Shown in pieces: positions 14,236-27,950 of a stretch of DNA of 64,000 bases; positions within the stretch are counted from its first letter, which is position 1, and each line of letters begins with the position of its first letter. Made by a program: the position numbers and the translations under genes. The notes under the pieces are model-generated. The model was not told where the DNA came from. It saw nothing but the letters and a program-made list of their open reading frames with translations, and ran no database searches. Source of the DNA: Felis catus (taxonomy: Eukaryota); assembly GCF_018350175.1 (NCBI RefSeq), contig NC_058368.1, positions 103,108,001 through 103,172,000 of the forward strand. Reading direction: 5' to 3'.

Positions 14236-14808
14236 TGTTGTGGTTGTTTATTTCTATGTGAGAAACTTCCACAAAACTTGAGGGCATCAAACAGTAAGTT
14301 TTTAGTATCTCTTACAGTTCTGTGGATTGACTGGATCCCACTGGGTAGTTCTCCCTGGGGTTTTCCTCATGTGGTGGCTGGGTAATAGCAACTAGATCTG
14401 GAGTCCTCGGAAGGCTCCTTCACTCATGGATTTTGTACTGGGCCTGGCGTGGCCGGCGTAGCTGAAGCGGCTGGGTATCTCTCTCCATGTAGTTTCTCCA
14501 CATTGGCTCATTTGGTCTTCCTTATAAGCATGGTGGTCTCTGGATACTTTGACTTCTTCCTTGGTGGCTGGCTTTTCCCCACAGTGAGTCATGTAATCAG
14601 CAAAGACAGAAACTTCTAGGCTTCCATAGGCTTAGCTTTGTAAGTCACAAAGTATCACATCACTTTCTCTACAAGCTATTAGCAATTAAGTCATGGTAGG
14701 TAAGTCTGGTAGGTAAGTCACCTACCAGATTCAAGGGGAAGAGAATTAGACTTCACTCCTCAAAGGGAGCAATAGGGAAGAATTTGCAGTTGTCTGTAAT
14801 CTACCACA
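14236..14808 (-). mobile_element. MaLR solo LTR (MLT1J/K-like)
   Basis: ccacaaaacttgagggcatcaaaca, cttacagttctgtgg, cagattcaaggggaagagaattagacttcac, ending tctaccacag. Confidence 0.75.
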
Positions 14809-15297
14809 GTTAGGTTTATGTTTTGAATTCTGTAGCTTAAAGCTCTGTCTTGGTGCTTAGAAGACTTCATGGCATAAGTCGCTATTTAATAACCAAGTCA
14901 TCTATAAGATCAGAGAGATTTCATAATTTTTAGGTATGTAATCTTGACCAACCACTCCACCTGTTTGAAACTTGGACTTTTTATCTGTAAAGCCTGTCCT
15001 CTGTCCCCTTCAGAAGGATTATATAGATCAGTGTGATAACATGTGAAAATGGAAAACAGAAAAATCACACAGAGGTAAGGTATTATCTTAGTTATCCTTA
15101 AAATATTAATGAATCAATTTCTCCTGCAAAACAATGAAACAAAATAAATGTCTTCTTAAAGGTAGTTGAATTTTCCCAAAATAGTTCTAAATACTTCATT
15201 TTTTTCCTATTGTCATGAAGACCTGGTTCACAGAGAGTCCTTCTCTGACCTCTGACTCCATTAACCCTGTTGTTGTTTTTTTAATAATATAAACACT

Positions 15298-15410
15298 AGG
15301 GGTACCTGACTGGCTCAGTCAGTAGAGCACATGACTCTCAATCTCAGAATCATGAGTTCAAGCCCATCTTGGGCATGGAGCCTACTATAAAGAAAAAAGA
15401 AAAAAAATAA
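15298..15410 (+). mobile_element. Short (head-only) CAN-SINE
   Basis: ggggtacctgactggctcagtcagtagagca...gagttcaagccc (A and B boxes) followed directly by an A-rich tail. Confidence 0.85.
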
Positions 15411-15689
15411 CATGAACAGTAATTTCCACTTGAAATTATATTATACTCTCATTCATCTACCTGTTTGGTTTTTTTGTTTCTTCTAGAACATGAGTTCCTG
15501 TAGACAAAGACTCAGCTTCCTCGGGGTTCATAAGTATTCAGTGTATATAGATGTCAGACATTTAGCAAACATTGTTGAAGAAATGAATGACTGAATAAGT
15601 AGATGACTAGTGTTACTACTTTGACCAAACTGGCATCCTAGTTTTAAAGTCTCTTTACCTTTGTAGCTCTATCTATCCATCCATCCATC

Positions 15690-16600
15690 CACCCATCCAA
15701 CAAATTTTATATGGATAAAGTCCTCCTTAAACTGTAATATATACACACAATATATTACAGGCATCATCTTGAAACTAGTCACTTCCTGAAGCAACTTCTT
15801 TTCTCCATCTTTCATCTCTGAATATAGCTTCTGATAGCTATGATAAAATCCTGACAATCCTTCCTGAGGTATTTCTCTGGAATATGTCTAATTCTTTCAA
15901 TTCTTGCTACCATTGTATTAAGCCAGGGATCCATCATGATCTTTTACCTAAAATCTTATAAAAATGTCCTAATTTCCTTCTTTATCATTTTCCACAAGCA
16001 TTATCCTACTGAAACTATGGTTCTGTAATGTTATTCTGCCCTGTATGAAACCTCAGGTGGTCCACTATGCCTCTAGGATGAACTGTGTGGTCTAGTTTTA
16101 TGCTCATTTAGTTTCTGTCTACCTTTTTCCGGTAACGTAGACTTCCAATACTCCAACAGTGCAAGAGTTATAAAAAAGTTAGTATATTTCAATCTTTAAT
16201 GGACATACAAGTAACTTGGGGATATGGATAAGATATAGATTCTGATTCAGAAGTTCAAGGATGGAACCTAAGATTCTGTATGTCTAGCCAGCTCCCAGGT
16301 GGACAAACAAGGCTCCATAAGTGATTGCAGATGCCATGCACTTCCCCATATCTGCACCTGTTCTACTGCCCAGAACATTCTTTCCTTCCCTCACTATCTA
16401 GTGAAATCCTATACTCCAAAGACTTAGATCATATACTATTACTAAAGCCTTTCTACCTTTACCAGGAAAAATTAATTGCAACTTTATCTGTCTTCTTACA
16501 GTGCTTTATCGATACTTGTTTAGTTGCATATGTGCTTTTCTTCCGAAGTTGTGAGCTCCTTGTAGGCAGCGACAGTACCATTGTTGCAATTCACGTGGGA
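15690..16600 (+). mobile_element. Degraded L2 with a nested MER5-like fragment (~16190-16300)
   Basis: ggcatcatcttgaa, ctaccattgtattaagcc, ctactgcccagaacattc, gtgagctccttgtaggcag; gattctgattcagaagt...gattctgtatgtctagccagctcccaggtg. Confidence 0.55.
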
Positions 16601-19600
16601 ATGAAAACTCACACTCAAAGTAATTATTATATGATGTATAACATATAGACTATGTAATATATAATGTATAAAGAGTATTCTCAAAATCCTATGGAATACA
16701 GAGGTATATGAAATCACTGCTGTGTGTCAATTATGTGCTAATTTACTGTGAAATGCCTCATGGAGCAGGTGCACAATACGTATTTGTTAAAATGGTTTTA
16801 AAGAATGATTTTGAGTTCTAACACTTTATTACAGAAAATGCTGGTCTGGTCATCAGACATTCTTACTCTCTGCTGGAGAATTTGTTAGACCATAAATTAC
16901 CTTCCTGAAAAATGTATAATATTTACTATCTAATTTAATGATCCAAAAATCTGTACTGAATCAGAAATAGAAATGTTAAAGTAATTACATTGAGAAGTCA
17001 ATTTAATGAATGCCCAATATGTGAAAGCATTATTTCTGTAATCTTTTTTATTGCCCAATTTATCATTTTTATTGTTCATTTACTTATGCTATATAGTTCT
17101 GGAATGAATTATAATCTCTACCCCTCCCCATTTTATTTCAAGTAGGATCTCTTAGAAAGTCACAAAAAGCTTCTCTCTGAATAGAATTTTTATTCTTGTT
17201 AAAGTGAATCTATTTGATTCTTATGTGCTTTGGATGATTTCCCTAGAGCTTTCCCTTAATTATATCATACATGTGTTTAAACAAGCATTTGCTTTCCCAC
17301 AGTCTAAATTCTTCCAACTTGATCTTCTAGGGTGGCCACAAGATTCAAACTATACTGTTTACAATCACTTAATGGCTATGGTCTTGTAAGCACAGAATTC
17401 TGAGTTAGGAAGGCAAAGTCTTTGCACGGTTTAAATATTTGCATCTCACAAAGAGCAGGGCAATATAACCACACGGCTGACACAGGTCATCGTGGGACTT
17501 TGCCCCTCGCCCCCCCGCCCCCCCGCCCCGTGGATGCAAAACAAGCAGTAACACACATCACAGTGAAAAGAGGTTTTTTTCCCCCCTGTAAGAACATACA
17601 GAGAAACATCTTGGTAATAATGGAGAAACATCTTGGTAAGAAACAATTGATTCAGCTTTACCTTCAGACCCTATTAAGAATTTCTTGCATGATTTTGGCC
17701 TAAATTTTAGTACCTTACATACCTGCTGTATAAAAGCCTGTAACTGAAACTTTGCAACATGCTTCCAAAGCATTTTTTGATCATCTAACAAATCAGACAT
17801 TCCAAGAGAACAATGCTACTTCTACCTTCAAGTTGAGACTGTGTTAGAGAACCTTAAGAATCAAAGATCCTAACAATTTTCCTTTTTGAGTACGAACCAA
17901 ATAATTCAAAAGGAAATATAATGGTAATCTAAACATTGCCAGAGGTGTTCTTAAGCCTATTAAGAATGATTGATGATGAAGAGAAAGCTGAGACTTTTAA
18001 AAGGTAAGCTCCAGAAAAGAGTAAGAGATTAAAAGAATGAATCAATCAATTGAATTATTTGAGTTTGTTTTATAGTTTGGTTGACCCTAAAATAAATTTT
18101 ATTTTTCCAACAAATCACTAGGATAATAAAAATAATACCTGCCATGCTGCATTAATTTAGAATTTGGGGCAAAGAACAAAGTTGGTTGTCATGTTTTTAA
18201 TGTGGGGGGAATTTTTCTTGGAGGTTTTAGTTTCCAAACCGATTTTGCCTGAAAAGAACTAACTGGCAAGTGCATCTTGGTTGATGAGTGCCTTGCTCAC
18301 TGACATAAACTGCTGATGCATCAATTTGGCTGGAATACATCTAGAAATGTCAAGCAGGCCCTACTTTCTAAGTGCGATAGCTTGGTGGTGGGTGCAAATT
18401 ACAGTTGGGGCAGTCTTGTGTTTCCACAGGCAAAACTGTAGTTCTCTTTCATGAATGCGGACAGTGTAGACTAGAGTCATTGCAATCCTATTGGCAAAAG
18501 GGTAGCTCAGTTTAACTGAAACATGATTCTCTAGCAGCCATACAGATGGCTACTATCTATGCTGTGTAGGTAGCTAGCTAGCTTTGGTGTTTTCACAGTA
18601 ATGGGAAACCCCGTTCCTGAACAACCATTCTAAAACTGTCCACAGTTGTTCTTCGCCAGGAACCAACAGAAAATTGTGAGCTAATCAGCATAACATATCT
18701 CAGCTTCTGTCTCTTGAGACTGAAAGCGATGTTCCATAATGAGGGTAGATTTTAGGCTTTATCTTTGCATCTAAAGGGACAGTGATAGTAAAAATTTATG
18801 AGTATTATTCATGGAAATCACTGGAGATTTTGTTTCTCATGTTTAGATCCTTATTTGGATAATATACTGGGGGTGAGACACCTTAAAGCAAAGAAGATAT
18901 AGTCTCTCCCTACTAGGCAAAGGCAGTAGAGAGGAGAGCTTCACAGACTACAACCAAAATGAGATAGAAAATTCATGTATTCATGCTGATGAGTACATGT
19001 GACCGATAATAAAAGAAAGGCTGAAGAGAAAAATGACCTGCCCAGGAGTGGGTTTTTTATTTGTTTGTTTAATACACTCATTTACTAAAATAACCACAGT
19101 ACAGGAGGGAAAAAAAGTGATGTTTTTCTCTGCTAGATGAAAAGTTTTGAAACGGAATGCTGTAGCTATCTCAGAAACTGAGGGAAGGGCAGCAAGCAGA
19201 AATGATCACATGAGCTGTTACTAAGTCACCGAGAGAGGGGTCCAAACCAGAGGATAGGAGAAAGGGTCACAACGTAGAAAGTAGCAAGGAGGCATAACTA
19301 GTGTAGGACAAGAAGGCTCCCTGTTAGATCTAGTCATTTAGAATGGGACATCATGAGCCAATTCCATAGCCTATTTGGACTGCGTGGTTAATGCTTGTTG
19401 CTTTCTGTTAAATTTCTTCCCAAGGCACTGCATTGTGCTCTTTTATATTGGAAGCTTTGGCTTATCTAATAGAAATCGTTTCCCAGTTGCTGAGTGGGAC
19501 CTCATGTGAAGTGAAAAATCAAAGCCCCTTAAGAAAAGTAACCTAGTCCTTTGGGCCAGTGTCATCTTAACACTAGAATTAAATTATGCAAATATAAATT

Positions 19601-20449
19601 GAAATTCAAGGTGATTGCTCTATACAATCCATTCATCATCTCTCTACTTCTCTTTGCCTGCAGAAACAGCTAGACAATATCTTTTGTTATAGAATAAACT
19701 CAAATGGCAGGGTTTGCTATATAGTAATTTAACTCGATTATAGAAGAGATCTCATGTTTAATATAAGCCATTTGGTCTTTGAACTTGTCTCATTATAAAT
19801 AGAAATGTTGTAGTCAAATTCCCTTGAGATGGAATTTCGCTAGATTTGATCTCCTTCCCCCGCCTTCCCCTCTCTTTCCTGCTCCCCTCCCCCACCCCAT
19901 CTCTTATTCTAATGTCAAGTATCAAGATAAACGCTAGGAGCACTCCAAGCTATGGTGGCTTTTATTTTATTTTATTTTTTTAATGATTTTCATCAATACA
20001 AGATGTAAGTGATAAATTGTACTGAAAAACTAGTTCCAAGGCTGGTCAAATACCACTGACAGCCTCCATGTGGATGCAGGAACTCTGAATTATGGATCAT
20101 CCTGAAAATGCTACCATCAAGAGCCAATCACTGAATACGAAATAATAGTAGATGCTAGGTTAGACTCCTATGTTAGGGAGGGTACCGTTGGAAGGGAGGA
20201 CAGCATGATGTCTTTCTATGTCTACCCTCTTTTCAGAGTACGTGGTAACTGGAAGACACTGCTGAGCAAAACAACACATAAAACCCCAGAAATATGAGTC
20301 ATCAGTAGGAATGTTCCTTGTCAATCACATGATGCTAAGCTTCATCCATTTCAAGCGGATATAAACCCTTAGGGCTTTTTGTGGGGGAGGGTGCAGGCTC
20401 AGTCCAAAAAAAAAAAAAAACCCTCAAAACATTAATCCTGCCAGTTTAG

Positions 20450-21350
20450 ATTTTACTAGGGATTTAAAGTCACCACTACCTTCCACAGGGTTCATTCACG
20501 CTCAGTTGGGACAAATAATGGCTTAGCAGGAATTGGTTTACAATCCTGGTGGACCCCTGTAGAGTTAATAAGTCCAGAAATACCACTTGGATGGAAACGT
20601 ATGATAATCATATGATTATCTTTTTTTAAAAATCCATTCCAGAGTCTCATGTATAAAAATAAAAAATGCACAGGGCTTAGGCATCCTTTTATGTATCAAA
20701 TTAAATCGGATTTAATGCCTGGTTGTGTGTCATCCAGCTCAGACCCATTTGTACAAGGCTGTGGAGTGACGAGCTGGTTCAGATGAATGAATAGCTTTCT
20801 CATTACTTCACCCCCATTCTGCTGTCTCTTTTCCTGTCCTTTGTATTATAATGGAGGACAGCTGTGGCAGTGAAGTGAATATTAACTAACCCCAGTGCCT
20901 CAGCAGATTGTGACTTTAATCCCTGCAAATACCACTAAAATCAAAATTTAATTACACTCAGAGTAGCTCTGTTAATGCCTGAAAAATATTTAACAATTAG
21001 TGGTTGGCTTAATTAAGCAAACTGCCTTTCACAAAGCAACCTGAAAAGTCCTCCCAAACCCTTCCCCCATCCTTTTTTCTTTTCTTTTTTTTTTTTTTAT
21101 CCCTTAGACTAATTAGTCTGATGTAAGCTCACAGCACTTCATTTACTGTTACTGAGTCTGCTGCTTAGCTGATCTAGGTTCTGAGCTTAACAGCCTGTAA
21201 TAGAAGGGGAAGTTGTAAAAAGAAAGAAATTAGGTTCAGTGCACACAGCTACTTAATAAAAAATAATCCTTTTAATAAACTGCTAATCATTGTTAGTCAT
21301 TTCCTCATTCATATTCATATCTGTATAACATATGCATATATGTTAACATG
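20450..21350. promoter_or_regulatory. Probable conserved non-coding element
   Basis: Transposon-free, dense TAAT/TAATCC/TTAATTAA homeodomain-type motifs, no ORF. Confidence 0.35.
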
Positions 21351-22357
21351 CATACATTGCAATGACTATCTCTCATTTACAGTATTAGGTTATGGAATAT
21401 TCAGGAAAAGCCCACTAACAAATAACTGAACGCAAAATAACTTCTGTCAAAAGAAGTAGTCTCTGTCCACGTGGATCGGAATACTCTACGTTTAAATTTA
21501 GAAGGAAGGACAATGTATGCTTTCGTTTGTAAACTAAACAAATAAAGAATGATAGAAAAGCTGTTAAAATGTAAATCCTATTCTCTGATTGATACATGAT
21601 ACTACCTGACCTACTTGGTTACATGTTCATTCCCTCATCCAAGCATCAAATATTTATCGATGATTTCATGTGACTTGCTGGGGCAATACAAGTATATTAT
21701 CGTAAATCTTTGCAGCCACACCTATGGAATGTTTTAAAGTGGCACAGAAGGGCGGCTTATACAATCTATTTCTTAAGCTTCATTTTCAACTTGGATTCTT
21801 AGGAAAGATCTTGCCACTAAATAATTGAGAGAATAAAATACAATAACACTTCAAAAGGAGGTCACTTATCCAGCAAACTAAGAAGAGAAATAGGAATCAG
21901 AAAATAACAACAAAAAAATTGCCTTGGAGAACCACAACAAATCCCAGAGCTATCAAAGAGTTTAGAGACCATGGAATCCAGCCTCGTGTTGGATTATCTT
22001 TCTGTAAAAGAAGAAAAAAACCGAAACTCAGTGATCATCCAGGGCCATGTGAAGAACCAGTAGGAAGTGAATGTAGAGCCCTCTAGACCCCCGCCCCAGA
22101 CCTATTTTCTTTCATCTGATATTGGACACAATTAGAGCAAGATACACTATATGATTTCCCAAATCACAGCAGATTAGAAGCCACAAGGTTGAGGCTGAAG
22201 GAGTGTTTCTGGAAACTTAGAGTTCAGATGTTATGAAACAGGAGAACATAAGATAAAATTTTGAAATCACGAAGTAAAATTTTAAGTAATCTGGAAAAGA
22301 CAGTCTCGTGGTGATGCTCAAATGCAGGGTACAAGTAAACATCACAATTTAAAAAAA

Positions 22358-22577
22358 AATTTTTTTTTTAATGTTTATTCATTTCTGAACGACAGAGTGA
22401 GCCAGAGCACAAGCAGGGATGGGGCAGAGAGAGAGGGGGGGACACAGAATCGGAAGCAGGCTCCAGGCTCTGAGCTGTCAGCACAGAGCCTGACACGGGG
22501 CTCGAACCCACTAACCGTGAGATGATGACCTGAGCCGAAGTTGGACGCTTAACCAACCGAGCCACCCAGGCGCCCCC
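22358..22577 (-). mobile_element. CAN-SINE
   Basis: Canonical antisense body ending gagccacccaggcgcccc. Confidence 0.95.
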
Positions 22578-25372
22578 ACAACATTTTTTTATTTGACGAT
22601 GCGTATCTGTGCTGCCTCATCTCATCTCATTTTATCGTGCATGCATACGTGTCTGTGTGTGTGTGTGATTCCCTCCTTTGGGCTTTTAAGACAAAACAAC
22701 ACACACACGGGCACATGAAAGATTAAGATAATAGGGTGATTTCGTTATCTTTATTTCGAGAATATCAAAAGGAAAATACTTTTCTCTGCTCCTAGTAATT
22801 CTGAATGTTTCATCTTCAATGATGTATTAATTTTTCCAACAAGAAAAAAAAAAGACCTATAGTCATATTTTTAAGGGACGTTCCTGTATGGAGGTTCCTC
22901 TATGCCTTCCTATTACTCCTTATTTAAGACTAGTTCCTGAATTTTTTGGCCATTGGTTACTTCAATAATTAAGGGGGGGGGGGAGAAAGTAAGTATCATT
23001 CATGTGTAAGCACCCGTACATGCATTACATACACACCTAAGTCGGCCAGCCATCCCTAATCCCATACAATTCTGTACATTTCCACATAATCGGCAGGTTA
23101 TGTTTCAAGTCTCATGGTTGGTTGGGGACGGAGATGAAATCACGGTTTATAATACAGAAGAAGGAGTGTATATGGGTTGTGACTGAGATACTTGCATTTT
23201 GACTGAAGAATTGGGGAGCATCTGGATTAACCACTATAAATCCTTCAATGGCAGCCATTTAAGTTTCTAATAGCAGGGGAAATGGCATATTATATTTCAA
23301 AGTTGATATATTTGAAAAATGAATATTAACACGATGATACGAACCGATGCAAAATCTTCTTATGGGTTCTCCAGAAATAACTGTGTTTTAATGCTACATG
23401 CAACTTGTGTTTCAAATTCTTTTGTCTATTAGTCTCATACACATATCTTTATTTCCTCTTGAATGTATGCTGCATAACTATTAACCAAATGTTCGCTCAC
23501 CATCAAATTCTGTTTCTTCAGTGTGTTTTCTCATTCAAAAGCACATAATCATTCTCCTTAATGATACAAATAATCCACTTCTAATGGACTATTATACCTC
23601 TTTTCCATTCTTGAAAAGCATTATTGCTTTTAGGTTTTTAGTTAAATGTTATACAATTTCAACATGGTATAATACACTTAATTGAACTTTAAGTTTCTCT
23701 GTAAAAGAGCAGCAAGTATTAAAAGGCAAATAGAAAAATTGCCAAAGTCAGTTCACTTCCACTGTCAAAACTTTTCATGTGAAAAATGAATGGAAACGTT
23801 CTATTTCAAGTAAGCATATTTGTGGGTATGATATTCTCTTTCTGCCTCTGTAAATCACTTGAAAATAAAGTAGCTTGCCCATGCTTGTTTGCAATTTGCA
23901 AAATGTCAGCTGTATCTATGAAATGGTCACTGAGCCTCAGCATCTTGACTAATAAGGAAAGAACCACTGCCTTGGAAGATACACTAAATCTTTCATGTTC
24001 CCAAAGTATCGCCTCATGTTTTTCATCAAGAATTTGTTTAATAGTGGGCTGGTGACATAAATATGTAACATCACCTTTCCCCTACGTCCTACATTGCCAC
24101 CCAGGCCACACACACACCACCCCTCCCCCAACCTTCCACCAACAATGTCCTAAGCGAAGAGAAATAAACTCTTAACTAAGCTTAATATTTCTTCTGATTT
24201 AAATTTCAAGACGACTTATGTTTAAATGGATGGATTCATTTATTCAATAATAACACAGGAAAAAGATCTGAAGCTCACTAAGGCCTGTAGCCTAATGTAA
24301 ATAAAACCTCAACCTCAAATTCTGACTTTTAGAAAGATGCAAAAAGAGCCCAATTGCCCTACTTCGAAGAGATGCGTTTTACTGCTCAGAATAAGTAATT
24401 TTCAACTTTTTCTTCAATATCCCAAGAGCTGGAGATTCTACAATAAGTGTCATCCTGACACTTAATCGTGATTTTCTTATTTCTATTTGAAGCCACTTCT
24501 ACTGCCTTCTGTCAGACTTTCCAAGGTAGTCAAGAAGGGCCGTTTTGGACACACTCTACAACAGTAATTGAGTTACCCCTTCTCTCCTGCAGGCTGAACA
24601 TCTAAGGCTCACTTACTTCTTACGTTCAGAACTTAAATTCTTTCCAAATCTCAGAGGTTCTGGAATGTTCTACCTTTAAGGGGTCATCCTACTCCACAAT
24701 GGCCAAATCGTATTTTGAGCTCCCATTCCAGGAAATACAAAAAGTCTGGTCTTTTACCAAGTGTTCTTTCCCACTGAGTGTCTGGGTCTGTCTGAGGAAA
24801 GGATCCATTAACTCATTCTGAGGGATAACTTGTCATTTCTAGAAGCTTCCTAGCTTTAGGCCACTGTCTTTCTGGAGCATAATGTGCCATTACCTCCATG
24901 CTTCTGGTCTTCATACGATAGCTCGTCACCTTCAAAATAGAATATATTTCCAAACAGTATTTCCAAATTCCTGACAGACAATTATCATCAAGATTCTGGA
25001 ATGAGAAACCAGAATTCCTGGAAATTCTCAGGGAGTCCCGAAATCATAATTTTCCCTCTATTTTCATAATACATTTTCTGTGATAATGAATGAGAATGAA
25101 CTGTAAGCCATTTTTACACTACACCTTCAGAGATTTAATGTAACAAACCGATATACTAATAAAAGTATGGCTTTGCAGGATTGTGTCTTGCAATAACGTG
25201 TAAAAACGAGCTCTATCTGATAGGAACATCTTATGTCAGAAAACATTAAAGAAAATAGCATTCACATCAAATAAATGGCAAATTATTTAATTCACAGAAA
25301 GATAATGCCACACATATTTAATAATTAGAAATGATCTTCTTTAAAATGAAGTTTTAAAACCCACAAAGCATC

Positions 25373-25515
25373 GGGGTGCCTGGATGGCTCAGTCGGTTAG
25401 GCATCTGACCTGATTTTGGCTCAGGTCACACTCACGGGATGGAGCCCTATGTTGGGCTCTGCACTGACAGTGCTTGGGATTCTCTCTGCCTCTCTCTCTG
25501 CAGCTCCCCGGCTCA

Positions 25516-25548
<33 letters not shown>

Positions 25549-25585
25549 AAAATAAATAAACATTAAAAAAATAAAAAAATAAATA
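25373..25585 (+). mobile_element. CAN-SINE inserted in the fossil channel gene
   Basis: ggggtgcctggatggctcagtcgg head; flanking direct repeat aaaaccc(a/c)caaagcat. Confidence 0.95.
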
Positions 25586-26689
25586 AAACCCCCAAAGCAT
25601 TAACTGCCCTATTTCATGATCTTGTTCTTTTATTATGTATCTTGCTCTTTTTCAGTGCATAAAAATTTCATTTTTCAATAATGTTGATCAAATTGTTACA
25701 AATTTGTCCACAGCTTCTTTAAGATTAGTGTACCTACCGCTCCATAAATCCGACTTACTTTCTAACAGTGAAAATATTTTGTTTGCTTACTCTGATTTGG
25801 ATTTTGTCATTGATATCAATATTGTTTTTTGTGAATAGACATTTTGGATCAGTTTCTGAATTCCTGTTGAAATACTCCACAAAAACGTCTTCTAGTCTTC
25901 GTGTTGAAAGACTGTTGAAATAGTCCATAAGAACATCTTCTATTTGCATTTCTTCTGTTCAGATATTTACAAAGAGCCACAGCACATATCTGGTCTCTGG
26001 GGAATGCCAGGAAACATTATTGGGTAGCAGTGAAATAACATACCATTCAAATATCCTAGCAGGGTTGACAGCAAAACACAGTATGCTCGGTCAAAATTAT
26101 TAACTTAAGAATATAGTTTGGTTCCAAAACTTATTTCTTAGAAAATCACTCATCGGATTTGCATAAAATACACTAGGTAAACAATCGTATCAACATTTAT
26201 CTATTTGCAAAAAAACAAACGCAAAAAACAAAAACAAACAAAAAACCAACCTGTTAACAGCAATCAGGGTCAGGAGCATGCTTACAACATGACAACAATT
26301 ACAGGTCAGTTGGGTTAGACCTGAACTATTTCTCTCCAATATGCTCCTCTCCTGGATCCAGAAATGTCAACCTTAACCTTGCACTTCCCTGTCTGCATTT
26401 CCTCCTCTTGCTTTCAATTGGACATCAGCGATTTCTTCTGCCAGTAATGTTTGTATATGGATTGTGAAGCTCTAAATCTTGCAAAAAAAAATTATAATGT
26501 TTTTCCTCTGTTTCTTCATTTTTTGACCATTTTTTCTCAGGATTCATGGGTAGGAAAAATATATACATTTCTTGATATATGCTGGGAAAGCATATGTGCA
26601 TGGGAAAAGTAAATCCAAGTTGCTCCTTTGCTTCCTACAGACCTATAATATGGTGGTGGTATAGGTGGTGGTACTGTGTTCATGTTTTG

Positions 26690-26965
26690 TTATAAAAAAT
26701 ATAAAATATATAAAAATCAGGATGTGTAAAGAACTTCTGTGCATACATCACCCAGGCTACCAACATATGGTAACTACCATATATAGTGACTACGATAAAA
26801 CTACCAACATATGGCCAATGTTATTTAACTTGTGTATCTATATCTACCCATTTCTATCACCCTCAACCCTTGGATTATTTACAAGTAAATCCTACACATT
26901 GTATTATTTTATTTATAATACACTCCAGTGTAAAACTGTAAAAGATGAAGACTTAAAAACATAAC
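26690..26965 (-). mobile_element. Ancient L1MC-like 3' end fragment
   Basis: Resembles the L1MC4-type 3'UTR in antisense (catcacccagg...caacatatggccaatg...ggattattttacaagtaaatcc). Confidence 0.55.
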
Positions 26966-27221
26966 TAAAAAAGACAGAGTGGAAACTGGCATAAAGACAG
27001 ACATACAGGTCAATGGACTAGAACTGAGAGTTTAGGGGAAAATCTGCTATACATGTATTGTCAAATGATTTTGAGCCTCTTTCAATAGAGAGAATAGGTT
27101 TTTCAACAAATGGGGCCAAACAATTGAATATCCACATGCAAGAAAATGAGGCCGGATCCTTACCTCATAACATATATGAAAATTTATTCAAAATGGATCA
27201 AAGATCTAAGTGTGAGAATTT

Positions 27222-27455
27222 AACGTTTTTTTTTGTTTTTTTTTATTTTTTTATTTTTTTTTATTATTTTTGGGACAGAGAGAGACAGAGCATGAATGGG
27301 GGAGGGGCAGAGAGAGAGGGAGACACAGAATTGGAAACAGGCTCCAGGCTCCGAGCCATCAGCCCAGAGCCCGACGCGGGGCTCGAACTCACGGACCGCG
27401 AGATCGTGACCTGGCTGAAGCCGGCGCTTAACCGACTGCGCCACCCAGGCGCCCC
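27222..27455 (-). mobile_element. Young CAN-SINE with perfect target-site duplication
   Basis: CpG-rich body; taagtgtgagaatttaa present on both sides. Confidence 0.97.
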
Positions 27456-27764
27456 TAAGTGTGAGAATTTAAACTAAAACTACAAAACTTTTAGAAGATA
27501 ATTTTGTGACCTTAGATTAGGTAATGATTTCTTAATTATGACACCTGAGGCACGAGCAGCCAAAGAAAAAAGTAGCCAAACAGGACTTCATCGCAATTAA
27601 AACTCGTGTTCTTCAAAAGATCCACATAAGAAACTGACAAGTCAGCCCACAGAATGGGGAAATATTTGCAAATCATTTATCTGGTAAGAATCTAGTATCC
27701 AGAATATATAAAGAACTTTTCCTATTCAACAATAAAGATGATGTAATTAAAAACACACACAGGA

Positions 27765-27950
27765 GGGGCGCCTGGGTGGCTCAGTTGGTTGAGCGTCTGA
27801 CTCTTGAGTCCAGCTCAGGTCGTGATCCCAGGGTCGCAGGATGGAGCCCTGCATGGGGCTCCATGCTGAGCATGGAGCCTGCTTAAGATTCTTTCTATCT
27901 CTCCTCCTGCCCCTCTCCCCGGCTTGCTCTTTCTGCCTAAAGAAAAAAAA
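27765..27950 (+). mobile_element. CAN-SINE (older subtype)
   Basis: ggggcgcctgggtggctcagttggttgagcg...gagcctgcttaagattct...A tail. Confidence 0.93.

Noticed and set aside
25759..25954. Possible intact minus-strand exon (AG...GTAAGT, open frame EEMQIEDVLMDYF...)
   Set aside because: No intact neighbouring exons, and channel-like similarity continues beyond both ends with frameshifts. Exonisation into a transcript cannot be excluded without RNA data.
26245..26300. GPCR TM3-like SMLLTLIAVNR
   Set aside because: Isolated, with no other 7TM motifs; it falls at the S5 position of repeat D.
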